Source: Fusobacteriota bacterium
Lineage (GTDB): Bacteria; Fusobacteriota; Fusobacteriia; Fusobacteriales; JBNJFI01
NCBI GenBank assembly: GCA_051746725.1
Contig: JBNJFI010000030.1
Location: 1-20,988 of the forward strand
Length of the DNA: 20,988 bases
Direction of reading: 5' to 3'
Under the pieces are notes generated by a model, which was not told where the DNA came from, made no database searches, and worked only from the letters and a program-made list of their open reading frames with translations. Made by a program: the position numbers and the translations under genes. Each line of letters opens with the position of its first letter. Within the stretch, counting starts at the first letter, position 1. Positions 8,636-17,923 of this stretch are shown here, piece by piece.

Positions 8636-9187
8636 ATGAAAACGACTATTCATTTAGCAGAGGGGTTTGAAGAAGTTGAAGCAATTAGTGTAATAGATGT
8701 ATTGAGAAGAGCTAAAATTGATTTGACTATTGTTTCCATAGAAGATGATTTACTGGTAAAAGGTGCTCATGGAGTTGAAGTTAAAGCAGATGAATTATTT
8801 GAAGCAGTTAACTATGAAGAAATTGACATGATAATTCTACCTGGTGGAGCCAAAGGAACTGAAAATTTAGGTAATCATGAAGGATTAAGTGCAGAAATCA
8901 AGAAGTTTGATGAAAAAGGAAAAGTTTTAGGAGCTATTTGTGCTGCTCCTACAGTATTCGCACGTTTGGGAACCTTAATGAATGAAAATGCCATTGCCTT
9001 TCCAGGTCAAGAAGATGTATTGATGAGAGCTAACGCAAATATCGTCGATAAAGATGTAGTTCAGTCAAATAAAAAAGTAACTTCAAAAGGACCAGGTACA
9101 GCTTTAAAATTTGGATTAAAATTAGTAGAAATCGTCAAGGGAAAAGAAGCTGCAGATAAAGTCAAAAAAGATATGTTAATAAAATAA
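8636..9187 (+). CDS. yajL: DJ-1/PfpI family protein (YajL/ThiJ-like glyoxalase/deglycase)
   Basis: LAEGFEEVEA..DVLRRA, ILPGG, catalytic AICAAP, TSKGPGTA. Confidence 0.92.
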   Translation: MKTTIHLAEGFEEVEAISVIDVLRRAKIDLTIVSIEDDLLVKGAHGVEVKADELFEAVNYEEIDMIILPGGAKGTENLGNHEGLSAEIKKFDEKGKVLGAICAAPTVFARLGTLMNENAIAFPGQEDVLMRANANIVDKDVVQSNKKVTSKGPGTALKFGLKLVEIVKGKEAADKVKKDMLIK

Positions 9188-9215
9188 ATATTACATAAGA
9201 TATATTATCGGACCT
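9188..9215 (-). other. dif-like XerCD recombination site 1
   Basis: Minus strand AGGTCCGATAA-TATATC-TTATGTAATAT: 11-6-11 layout, XerD-like arm TTATGTAATAT (compare TTATGTTAAAT and TTATGTAAACT); intergenic. Confidence 0.75.
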
Positions 9216-9271
9216 TATCAATATAGTTCAAATGAAAAATTATCAAAAAAACTTATATAGGATTTGATCAT

Positions 9272-9547
9272 ATGAAAAAAGACCGTTCAGAAGATTACTC
9301 TATTATTCATATAACATTGCAACCAACATCTCTAGATAATGTGACCAAAATATTGGATCACATTATCTTCGAAGATGTAGTTACTGTTAATCTTAATAAA
9401 TTAGACAAAGATGAACAAGAAAAGATCATTGATATAATTAGTGGAACTGTTTATGCTGTAAATGCAAACATAATTAAAGTGGGAGAAGGGGTTTTTATAA
9501 TAACCCCTGAAAAAGTACAATCCCAGAATACAACGGATATGAGGTGA
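9272..9547 (+). CDS. sepF: Cell division protein SepF (short, core domain only)
   Basis: P.S..V..I.D.I...VVTVNL..LD.....IIDIISGTVYAVNANIIKVGEGVFIITP is the SepF FtsZ-binding core. Confidence 0.85.
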   Translation: MKKDRSEDYSIIHITLQPTSLDNVTKILDHIIFEDVVTVNLNKLDKDEQEKIIDIISGTVYAVNANIIKVGEGVFIITPEKVQSQNTTDMR

Positions 9548-9550
9548 CAA

Positions 9551-10231
9551 ATGAAATTTAGCGGATTAGAAAAAGTATCTGTAGTGGACTATCCAAAAAA
9601 GGTTGTGGCAACATTATTTACTTCTGGATGTAATTTCCGGTGTGAATATTGTCATAATGGAGATTTAATTAATAGAAATGAACATTCAGATGATATTTCA
9701 GAAGAAGAAATTTTGGAATATTTAAAAAAAAGAAGAGATACATTAGATGGTATATGTATTACTGGTGGAGAACCAACTTTATATGGAAATAAATTATTAA
9801 ATTTTATTACTAGAGTTAAGCAAGAGTTAGGAAGTGACTTTTTAGTAAAAATAGATACAAATGGTTCACATCCTATTTTTATACAGAAAAATCGAGATAT
9901 TGTAGACTTTTTTGCAATTGATTTTAAATCTTTAGATTATAGCAGCTTTTCTACCATTGAGAGGGAAGATGTTTTAAAGGCTATTGAGGAAGCTAAGAAG
10001 GCTCGAGATTATGAAGTAAGATGCACTATGTACCCTGAATATATAAAACCATCTGATTTTCAAAAGATTGCGGAATTATTAAAGGGGGTCAAAAAAGTAG
10101 CTATACAACAATTTGATCCAGATAATGTTTATATTGAAAATATTGGAGTTACCCCTTATACTGAAGATATTTTGAGACAATTTGAAGACTGTCTAAAAGA
10201 AGAAGGAATTAAAACTGAATTACGAATATAA
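9551..10231 (+). CDS. nrdG: Anaerobic ribonucleoside-triphosphate reductase activating protein (radical SAM)
   Basis: SVVDYPKKVVATLFTSGCNFRCEYCHN (CxxxCxxC), DGICITGGEPTL, VKIDTNGS. Confidence 0.88.
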   Translation: MKFSGLEKVSVVDYPKKVVATLFTSGCNFRCEYCHNGDLINRNEHSDDISEEEILEYLKKRRDTLDGICITGGEPTLYGNKLLNFITRVKQELGSDFLVKIDTNGSHPIFIQKNRDIVDFFAIDFKSLDYSSFSTIEREDVLKAIEEAKKARDYEVRCTMYPEYIKPSDFQKIAELLKGVKKVAIQQFDPDNVYIENIGVTPYTEDILRQFEDCLKEEGIKTELRI

Positions 10232-10267
10232 AAGTAGGCAATGCTTAGGCATTTGCCTACTTTTATA
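10227..10267 (+). terminator. Intrinsic terminator after nrdG
   Basis: TATAAAAGTAGGCAATGC-TTAG-GCATTTGCCTACTTTTATA, a long stem with one bulge. Confidence 0.85.
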
Positions 10268-10454
10268 CTTTATAAGATATTCAAAGCAGTTGGTTTTTAT
10301 CTGATCTCTTTTTTATATTATATTGAGTTAAAAATAACTATTAGAAATTACTCTCAAAATAAACATCTAAAAATAAGACTTAAAATCAAGGGGGTTATCA
10401 GAAACTATAATCAAATTTTTTGACTAAATTGGAAACATTTTTTTAAAATATAAT

Positions 10455-10483
10455 TTGTTATGGTAGAATATATATGTTATAAT
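10455..10483 (+). promoter_or_regulatory. sigma70-type promoter
   Basis: TTGTTA (10455-10460), 17 bp, TATAAT (10478-10483) with extended -10 TG. Confidence 0.6.
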
Positions 10484-10554
10484 ATATAAGAGTTTGAAAT
10501 ATAAAATGACAAAAAGTTCTAAAAAAAATATCTAATTTACAGAAAGGAAAAAAG

Positions 10555-10899
10555 ATGCCAGTTATAGAATTTATATCTAATAAAAACTTAGATCCCCTCT
10601 TTGGGCTGAAGCTATCGGTGCCTCTTCAGAGATTGTGTGAAAGGAAAACTCTCTCAGAACAAAAGAAGATGGTGAAAAAAGCTCTAAATATTTCCAAAGA
10701 AAGAGTTATAAAATTAAAAGAAGTAGGAACTGCTGATCATAAAAAAATAATGATTGTAATTATATATGATATTACTAATCCACATATGGAAGAAAAGTTA
10801 AATATTCCCCAGACAGATGGTTATTTTGACTTCCCTATATATAATGTTAATTATAATGAAGAGATTGATATAGAAGAAATGATAGAAAAGGGGTATTAA
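10555..10899 (+). CDS. Hypothetical protein (114 aa)
   Basis: RBS AAAGGA, own promoter, typical composition; family not recognised. Confidence 0.7.
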   Translation: MPVIEFISNKNLDPLFGLKLSVPLQRLCERKTLSEQKKMVKKALNISKERVIKLKEVGTADHKKIMIVIIYDITNPHMEEKLNIPQTDGYFDFPIYNVNYNEEIDIEEMIEKGY

Positions 10900-10977
10900 A
10901 AAATTTCCTTTTTTTACAATATTTTAACAATAATATGGTAAAATAAAGGTATTAAATATACGAAAGGGGTATTAATT

Positions 10978-13113
10978 TTGAAAAAAGAAATTAAACAAGA
11001 AATTGAAAATTTAAAAATTTATGGAGAAAAAACTCTAGGAGTTTTTGGGGCTAGAGCTACTGGAAAAACGGTATATTTTACAACTCTATATGGATTAAGT
11101 GGATTTAATAATAGTGATGAAACTCTATCCGTGATTTGTAATGATAAAAATAGTAGAAGTTATTTGAAAAAGAATTATAAAAAATTATTAGAAGGAAAAG
11201 TTCCTTCTAGAACTGAAGTTAATGAGATTAACGAAATTAATATGAGTTATTTCCATAATAAAAATAGTTATCACTTGAGAAGCTTCGATTTTGCAGGGGA
11301 ATTGATAAAAGATGTTTCAGATGAAGAATCAAGTGAAGAATTTTTAGAATTGCAAAACCAGATTTATGAATTTTTTGGAAATTGTAGTGCTTTACTTATT
11401 TTTTTAGAACCTTCAGATAGTAAACAGGAAACTTTTGAACGACAAGCAGAAATTGAAAGACTTTTTGATTTTTTAAAGAAAACTAAGAAAAATTGGGATT
11501 TTGATATTCCTATATCTCTAGTTGTTTCAAAGTGGGATAAAATTAATGATGTAGTTGAAGGCTATGATTATAAAGCGGAAGAAAAAAAGGCTGTGGAATA
11601 CATAAAAAATCATAAGATATACAATAATATATATTCCTTGGTTTCTGGATTGACCTCTCAATCTAAAATTTTTCCTGTCTCAGCCTTTGGAACAGCTAGA
11701 GAAGGAGATCTACCTCCTCATAATATTGTTCCTTTCAATCTTTTTTCACCTTTAGTTTGGGCTTCTAAAGCCAGAAATGAGGCTTGGTCAAAAAAGGTAA
11801 TTAATATTTTAGATAAAAACATTTCAAGTAAAAACGGAAAAAGAATTGTGGAAGAATTTAAGGATAATATTTCAAATGAAAAAATATTGGATCCGGTAAT
11901 TACTAAATATAAAGAGTTTAAAAAACAGAAATTTCGAAAAAAGGCAATTATAACCTTTTTTGTAATTGCATCAATTGCAACAGGAGTAGGGTATAGATGG
12001 AATTACAATAATAATAAAGAATCGTATTATAAAGATGTAATTACTGAAAACAATCCTGAAAAGCAATTGGAAAAATTAAATAGTTTTCTTACAATGTATA
12101 ATAATGATGGAAAATTAGGAAAAGAATTATTGAATAAAAGAAAAAATTTATATGTTACTATCATTGAAGACACTTCTACTTTGGAAGGAAAATTAAAAAA
12201 AGTGAATAACTTTCTTAGGGGAGAAAAAATTAATGGAGCTGAACGTGCAGAGCTAATTAAGACTCAAAATGAAATAAAGGAAAAAATAAGAATAAAAGAA
12301 AAGTATGCCGAATTGCAAAAGAAAATAGCAGCAGAAACAGATAATTTGAAAAAATATGATTTAATTAACAACTATATTCAAAGTAATGAAGTAATAAAAA
12401 ATGAATCAGAATTACAAGAGGAAATGAAAAAATATTTAAGATTGGCAGATAGAAATAGCTATCAAAAAATAGTATCGTTAAAAAATGAAAACAGTGAAAA
12501 AGTACATGAAGAAATAGAAAATTATCTTTCAAATGCTAGATTTACTGAATATAGACAGGAAGTTCAAGAAATAAAGTCTGAATTATATGATGTATTTTTA
12601 TATAACAATGTTAAAAAAAGTATCTCTGAATATAATGAAAAATTGACAATTGAAGCATTAAATGATGTTCAGCAAGAAAGCGACACATATCTTTCTAATA
12701 ATATCTTAGGACGGTCTAAAGATGAAGTTCAAAGAATATCTCAGAAAGTAAGTGAGATCAAAAAAGGTTATATAATTAATGTAGAAGTATTTTTTAATAC
12801 TCAAAATACTAATTATAATTTAAATAATAAAACAATACTTTCAACAATTACAGTTGGAAATACGGAATATGATATCAGAAAAGAAACTAATGGAAATAGT
12901 GTTTATCTAACTACTATACAAAAAAGGATCAAATTAAATACCAATGTATCAATTGATACATATATTACAGATCAAAAAACAGGAACAGATGAACATTTCA
13001 AAGATACTAAATTTAAGATTAATGATTTTAACAGCAATAATATCATTAAAAGCGATGATAAGTCTATAAACTTAGAAATGAGAGCAGATGTAGAACCATA
13101 TAAAATTTATTAG
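10978..13113 (+). CDS. Membrane-anchored TRAFAC-clade GTPase (DO-GTPase-like) with extracytoplasmic helical repeats and beta-rich C-terminus
   Basis: G1 GARATGKT, G2 PSRT, G3 DFAGE, G4 SKWD, G5 VSAFG; single TM AIITFFVIASIATGVGY after basic KKQKFRKK; TTG start. Confidence 0.85.
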   Translation: MKKEIKQEIENLKIYGEKTLGVFGARATGKTVYFTTLYGLSGFNNSDETLSVICNDKNSRSYLKKNYKKLLEGKVPSRTEVNEINEINMSYFHNKNSYHLRSFDFAGELIKDVSDEESSEEFLELQNQIYEFFGNCSALLIFLEPSDSKQETFERQAEIERLFDFLKKTKKNWDFDIPISLVVSKWDKINDVVEGYDYKAEEKKAVEYIKNHKIYNNIYSLVSGLTSQSKIFPVSAFGTAREGDLPPHNIVPFNLFSPLVWASKARNEAWSKKVINILDKNISSKNGKRIVEEFKDNISNEKILDPVITKYKEFKKQKFRKKAIITFFVIASIATGVGYRWNYNNNKESYYKDVITENNPEKQLEKLNSFLTMYNNDGKLGKELLNKRKNLYVTIIEDTSTLEGKLKKVNNFLRGEKINGAERAELIKTQNEIKEKIRIKEKYAELQKKIAAETDNLKKYDLINNYIQSNEVIKNESELQEEMKKYLRLADRNSYQKIVSLKNENSEKVHEEIENYLSNARFTEYRQEVQEIKSELYDVFLYNNVKKSISEYNEKLTIEALNDVQQESDTYLSNNILGRSKDEVQRISQKVSEIKKGYIINVEVFFNTQNTNYNLNNKTILSTITVGNTEYDIRKETNGNSVYLTTIQKRIKLNTNVSIDTYITDQKTGTDEHFKDTKFKINDFNSNNIIKSDDKSINLEMRADVEPYKIY

Positions 13114-13121
13114 GAGTAACT

Positions 13122-14429
13122 ATGAAACTAAAATTTTTAGTTCTTTATCATAAAGATGACTTTGGATCCACAATTGAATATTCTGGAGATCTTACTGAAA
13201 GAGAAAAAAAGATATTATATAGTATAGATTACAAAAAAGAGTATGAGGGTAATGGAGATATTAAAAAAGTGTCCAAAGAGAATCATACTGTATATTTCAA
13301 AAATAGTTTAGGAGGGAAAGATGAATTTTCTAGAGATTATATAAATACGATTGCCATAATCTTTCCTTTTACTCTTTCAAAAAAAGAATTAGAAAAATTG
13401 TCTAACTTTTTTAAAGAGATTGAAAGTGAGATAGCTACAAAAAGTTTTGATTCAGATCAACCGTACTATTTAAATCTATCTCATTTTTCAAATACTTCTA
13501 TAAGAGTATTATTGCTTATAAGTCTTACAATTAACTTGTTATTTAGCGGATTTCAAATATATGAGAAGTTTTTTAAGACATCTTCAATCAAGGATGTTAA
13601 AAATAATTGGGAATTGCAAAAGGAAAACAATAACTTTGTAAAAAATTTACAAAATACTGCTGATCCCTTAAAAAAGTTTGTCATTTATCAGAATTATATT
13701 CAAATATTGTCTGAAAAATCTAGTGACATAATCTCTCAGATTGAAAAAAAGGATTATGAAGAGATAATAAAATTTTCAAAACAGACTTCTCTTGATGAAG
13801 AAAAGTTTTTAAATATGATGAACTCTTTTTTGGATAATGAATACTATACTCATTATAAAGAGGAAGTTAAAAATTTAAAAAATACGTATATTCTGAAAAC
13901 TAAAAAACAAACATATAGAGAATTTCAATCTTTAATAAGAAATTATAATGAATCCCTGAGCTTTGAGGATTTAATAACAGTTGAAAATCGAGCAATAAAT
14001 TTAAAAGCTAATTTAGATTATAGAAAAAGTGATATTAATCATATTTTAAAGCAAATTGATCGTATTAAAAAAGGCATAAATATTGAAGTAGAAATGTATA
14101 TTTTAGAGAAATCTTATGTTTTTAATAATAAAAAAATAAAGTTAGAGATGTATATAAATAATAATTATATTACAAAGAATGAAATTGTTTTGAAAAATAA
14201 TGGGAAAATATATTTAGGTAGCTTTTATCGAAGCATTGCATTAGACGATAAACTAAAGGCTAAATTTTATTTGTATGACTCCAATAACAAGAATAATCAA
14301 ATTCGAGAGCTAGAATTTAATATAAAAGATATTAAAACCCCTTTTATAATTAAAGACAAGCATGAAAATTCTTTGAAATTTTCATTAACTAGCTATGGTA
14401 TAGAAAAATTCAAAATAAATTATAAGTGA
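13122..14429 (+). CDS. Single-TM GTPase partner protein, GAP1-N-like N-terminus, C-terminus paralogous to the upstream GTPase
   Basis: N-terminal GGKDEFSRDYINTIAII motif; TM IRVLLLISLTINLLFSGFQIY; C-terminal half aligns by eye with the GTPase C-terminus; 8-bp gap with RBS AGGAG. Confidence 0.6.
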   Translation: MKLKFLVLYHKDDFGSTIEYSGDLTEREKKILYSIDYKKEYEGNGDIKKVSKENHTVYFKNSLGGKDEFSRDYINTIAIIFPFTLSKKELEKLSNFFKEIESEIATKSFDSDQPYYLNLSHFSNTSIRVLLLISLTINLLFSGFQIYEKFFKTSSIKDVKNNWELQKENNNFVKNLQNTADPLKKFVIYQNYIQILSEKSSDIISQIEKKDYEEIIKFSKQTSLDEEKFLNMMNSFLDNEYYTHYKEEVKNLKNTYILKTKKQTYREFQSLIRNYNESLSFEDLITVENRAINLKANLDYRKSDINHILKQIDRIKKGINIEVEMYILEKSYVFNNKKIKLEMYINNNYITKNEIVLKNNGKIYLGSFYRSIALDDKLKAKFYLYDSNNKNNQIRELEFNIKDIKTPFIIKDKHENSLKFSLTSYGIEKFKINYK

Positions 14430-14436
14430 GGTGATC

Positions 14437-14730
14437 ATGGGAAGTAATAATAAATATAGAGACAATAAAATCAAAAAAGAACATACGATAATCGCAGGAA
14501 TTCTACCTTTATTAGATATGGTTAGTGAAATCGAGGAAGTTAAAAGTATTATACCTGCAAGAATAAGTCGTCGTAAAGGAAATGGTGGAAAGCCCAAATT
14601 AAAAATAAAATATAAGACTATTTCTGGGATAAAATTATTGGCAAAGACGAGTAGTGGGATTCAAGAAATATTTGTCATTGCAGATGATGAAGATGAAGTT
14701 ATTGAAAGATTGAAAAACCTTCTAGATTAA
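14437..14730 (+). CDS. DUF2103 family protein
   Basis: KIKKEHTIIAG..L..V...EVKSIIPARI...T.SGIKLLAK....QEIFV; start may be GTG 14431 or ATG 14437. Confidence 0.75.
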   Translation: MGSNNKYRDNKIKKEHTIIAGILPLLDMVSEIEEVKSIIPARISRRKGNGGKPKLKIKYKTISGIKLLAKTSSGIQEIFVIADDEDEVIERLKNLLD

Positions 14731-14766
14731 GATAAAATTTTATAAAAGGATATTGGAGGTGTCTAG

Positions 14767-16272
14767 TTGAGAAATAGGTATGAGTCAATAAAAGTTGTTT
14801 TAAATTTGTTAGGATCATTATTTTTATTATTAAGTGGAATTTTATTAATCCCGTTAATTTCTACTTTCTTTTTTGGAGAAATAGGTATGTCAAATTCTTT
14901 TTTGATTCCCATTATCCTCTCCTTATTTATTGGAATAATTTTAAAAATCATATTTCCCTATAAAACCCCTAATGAAGTACAAGGTATGATGCTGTGTGGA
15001 TTAGGGTGGTTTGCAATTTCAATAGTAGGAGCTATGCCATTTTGGTTAGGATTAGATGTGTCTTTTTTAGACAGTTATTTTGAAACAGTTAGTGGATTTA
15101 CAACTACTGGAATAACAATGCTTTCAGGTTTAGATGATATGTCTAGAAGTATCCTTTTTTGGAGAAGTTTAACTCAATGGCTTGGTGGCCTTGGGTTTTT
15201 GACTTTTTTTATCTTAGTTATGAAAGGTGAAGGAGCACATTTACTTTTTGGGGCTGAATCTCATAAAATATCGGCACATCGACCTGTTCCTGGTGTTAAG
15301 CATACTATTAAACTATTATGGATTATATACGGATGCTTTACTGTTTTAATTGCTTTTTTGCTTTTATTTTCAGGACTTTCAATATTTGATAGTATAAATC
15401 ATGCTTTAACAACTCTATCTACTGGTGGGTTTTCCCCTTATGATGCGAGTATCGCTCATTATAAGAAAATTGGACATGATAATTATATTTTAATTGAATA
15501 TATTATCATTTTGGGAATGGCATTAGGTGGAATGAACTTTTTAATACATTATAGAGTATTAAATGGAAAACTAGATGAAATAAAAAATGATTTTGAAACT
15601 AAGCTTTGGTGGGGATTTATCGCAGTATTTATGTTTTTTATATTTTTAGAAAGATCGAATAATTTCAATATTTTTCAAGGCTTTAATATATTTAATCTAG
15701 ATTCACTGAAAATGTTAGAAAGTAATTTTAGATCTATTCTGTTTCAGATATTAGCAGTTTTGACTACAACAGGTTTTGGAACAGTAGATATCGGGAGTCG
15801 ATTTTTTGGTTCTGTTGCTAGGCAGTTATTTTTAGTTATGATGGTAATTGGTGGTTGTGTTGGTTCGACTGGTGGCGGTATTAAAGCTAAAAGAATTGGA
15901 ATTTTATTTAAACTCTTAAAACGGGAAATCACGAAAATAATTTATCCGAATTCAGCAGTGGTAGATGTAATTGTAGATGGTGAGAAAATTGATGGGGAAG
16001 AAATATCTCGTATATCTGGATTGTTTTTTATGTGGATTTTTTTGTTAGTGGTTGGAGGTTTATTTACAGCACTCCTTTCTTCCCATGGTCCATTTGAGTC
16101 TATGTCTGGAATGTTCAGTGCTTTAGGTAATATTGGCCCATCTTATATTTCAGTTTCTGACTTAAATAAACTAAACCCCTTTATTAAGATTGTTTATATT
16201 TTGGGTATGCTAGTTGGACGATTAGAAATATTGCCAGTCTTAGTATTATTTCACAAAAAAGCTTGGAAATAA
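14767..16272 (+). CDS. trkH: Trk system potassium uptake permease
   Basis: Four pore loops ETVSGFTTTG, LSTGGFS, LTTTGFG, SALGNIGP; GGCVGSTGGGIK; MLVGRLEI. Confidence 0.95.
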   Translation: MRNRYESIKVVLNLLGSLFLLLSGILLIPLISTFFFGEIGMSNSFLIPIILSLFIGIILKIIFPYKTPNEVQGMMLCGLGWFAISIVGAMPFWLGLDVSFLDSYFETVSGFTTTGITMLSGLDDMSRSILFWRSLTQWLGGLGFLTFFILVMKGEGAHLLFGAESHKISAHRPVPGVKHTIKLLWIIYGCFTVLIAFLLLFSGLSIFDSINHALTTLSTGGFSPYDASIAHYKKIGHDNYILIEYIIILGMALGGMNFLIHYRVLNGKLDEIKNDFETKLWWGFIAVFMFFIFLERSNNFNIFQGFNIFNLDSLKMLESNFRSILFQILAVLTTTGFGTVDIGSRFFGSVARQLFLVMMVIGGCVGSTGGGIKAKRIGILFKLLKREITKIIYPNSAVVDVIVDGEKIDGEEISRISGLFFMWIFLLVVGGLFTALLSSHGPFESMSGMFSALGNIGPSYISVSDLNKLNPFIKIVYILGMLVGRLEILPVLVLFHKKAWK

Positions 16273-16283
16273 AAGGAGGATGT

Positions 16284-16967
16284 ATGTATATAATTGTTGC
16301 CGGTGGTGGTCTAATAGGACGAGGAATAACAAATATGTTAGTAAAAAATAAACATGATGTAGTTGTTATTGATATTGACAAAGAGAGATGCGATTTAATA
16401 TTTAAGGATTCAGGAGCCATAGCAATTCATGGAAGTGCAACTAACTATGATACATTGAAAGAAGCTGGGATCAAAAAAGCGGATATGCTTCTTACAATGA
16501 TGAGAAGTGAATCTGATAATATCTCTTGTGCTCTACTTGCTAAAAGTGAAGGTGTTCCTAAAATAATTGGGAGAATGAGAGATTCTGAATATGAAAAGGC
16601 ATATGAATTAGCAGGAATTGATAAAATAGTTAGTTCTTCTAATTTGCTTTTAAATCAGATAATTATGGAAGTAGAACAACCTAAGATACGAAAAATCACA
16701 ACTATTCGACGTGGAAAGGCAGAAGTTTATGCAATTAAAATAGAGAAAAAATCTAAAATAATTGGTAAATCAATAAAAGATATTGCTAGTAGTTCTAAAT
16801 TCCCAAAACAATGCGTCTTTATGGGGATTTATAAAGAAACAGAAGATGATTTTTTCATTCCCCGTGGAGAACATATAATAGATGAAAATGATACAGTATT
16901 TTTAATATCAAAACCTCTATTTATCAAAAAAGCAACAGATTTTTTAACAAAAAAGCGAAAATTTTAG
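16284..16967 (+). CDS. trkA: Trk system NAD-binding regulatory subunit (single RCK_N plus RCK_C)
   Basis: Rossmann IIVAGGGLIG, HDVVVID, GSAT..TLKEAGI..AD; start reassigned to ATG 16284 after RBS AGGAGG. Confidence 0.92.
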   Translation: MYIIVAGGGLIGRGITNMLVKNKHDVVVIDIDKERCDLIFKDSGAIAIHGSATNYDTLKEAGIKKADMLLTMMRSESDNISCALLAKSEGVPKIIGRMRDSEYEKAYELAGIDKIVSSSNLLLNQIIMEVEQPKIRKITTIRRGKAEVYAIKIEKKSKIIGKSIKDIASSSKFPKQCVFMGIYKETEDDFFIPRGEHIIDENDTVFLISKPLFIKKATDFLTKKRKF

Positions 16968-16982
16968 AAAGGAGTAATAAAA

Positions 16983-17786
16983 ATGGATTTTGAGTTATTA
17001 AAAGAGATGGCAACAGAATATGGGGTTAAGATTCTTTTGGCAGTAGTAACTTTAATAATAGGACTATGGATAATCAAGGTTATATTAAAGGCTGTAAATA
17101 AATCAATGAAAAAAAGTAAGGTTGATAAAACAGTTGTTACTTTTCTAAATTCTTTTATTTCAATAGCTTTAAAGGCAGTTTTATTTATAAGTATTGCTTC
17201 GATGTTAGGTGTCAAGATGAGCTCTTTTATTGCAATATTAGGTGCTGCAGGTTTGGCAATAGGTCTGGCATTACAGGGAAGCTTAGCAAATTTTGCTGGT
17301 GGAGTTTTGATACTCATATTTAAACCCTTTGAATACAATGATGTAATCAAAGCAAAGGGGTACACTGGAAAAGTAAGAGAGATCCAAATATTATATACTA
17401 TTTTAATTACTAGAAATAATGAAAAGGTAATTATCCCCAATGGTGAGTTATCTCATAATGCAATATTAAACTATTCATATGATAAAGAACGAGTTTTAGA
17501 CCTGACATATGGTATAGGTTATGATGATGATATTATAATGGCAAAAAAGATTATAGAAGATATTGCAAAACAATGTGAATATATACGTGAAAATGGAATC
17601 TTAGACATAGGAGTTAGTGAACATGGAGGAAGTTCGATAAATATTAGATGTAGGTTTTCATGTGACTATCAAAATTATTGGAAAGCAACATATGATATGA
17701 ATGAAAAAGTTAAATATGCATTTGATGAAGCTGGGATTTCAATTCCTTATCCTCAAACTGATGTTCATCTTTTTAACGAAAAATAA
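16983..17786 (+). CDS. mscS: Small-conductance mechanosensitive channel
   Basis: LGAAGLAIGLALQGSLANFAGGVLILIFKPF, IIPNG, GISIPYPQ. Confidence 0.95.
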   Translation: MDFELLKEMATEYGVKILLAVVTLIIGLWIIKVILKAVNKSMKKSKVDKTVVTFLNSFISIALKAVLFISIASMLGVKMSSFIAILGAAGLAIGLALQGSLANFAGGVLILIFKPFEYNDVIKAKGYTGKVREIQILYTILITRNNEKVIIPNGELSHNAILNYSYDKERVLDLTYGIGYDDDIIMAKKIIEDIAKQCEYIRENGILDIGVSEHGGSSINIRCRFSCDYQNYWKATYDMNEKVKYAFDEAGISIPYPQTDVHLFNEK

Positions 17787-17860
17787 TTTAATTAGAAAAA
17801 TTTGTATTTAGGTTTAATACCAAAATAATTATTTATAAGTTAGTATAATTTTTACTTTAT

Positions 17861-17894
17861 GCCGTTCTTTCTTTGAATAGAAAGAACGGTTTTT
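17861..17894 (+). terminator. Intrinsic terminator after mscS
   Basis: GCCGTTCTTTCT / AGAAAGAACGGT stem followed by a T-tract. Confidence 0.85.
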
Positions 17895-17923
17895 GAATTA
17901 CTCTAAAATACAATCCAAACAAA

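Noticed and set aside
10241..10423. 60-aa + strand ORF
   Set aside because: Starts inside the nrdG terminator hairpin and has no convincing RBS
8403..17440. Minus-strand ORFs 8403-8618, 14385-14597, 14763-14951, 15744-15932, 16184-16420, 16964-17440
   Set aside because: Shadows of the STAS-like, DUF2103, trkH, trkA and mscS genes
14767..17786. trkH-trkA-mscS as a novel system
   Set aside because: Ordinary, well-known ion and osmotic homeostasis genes
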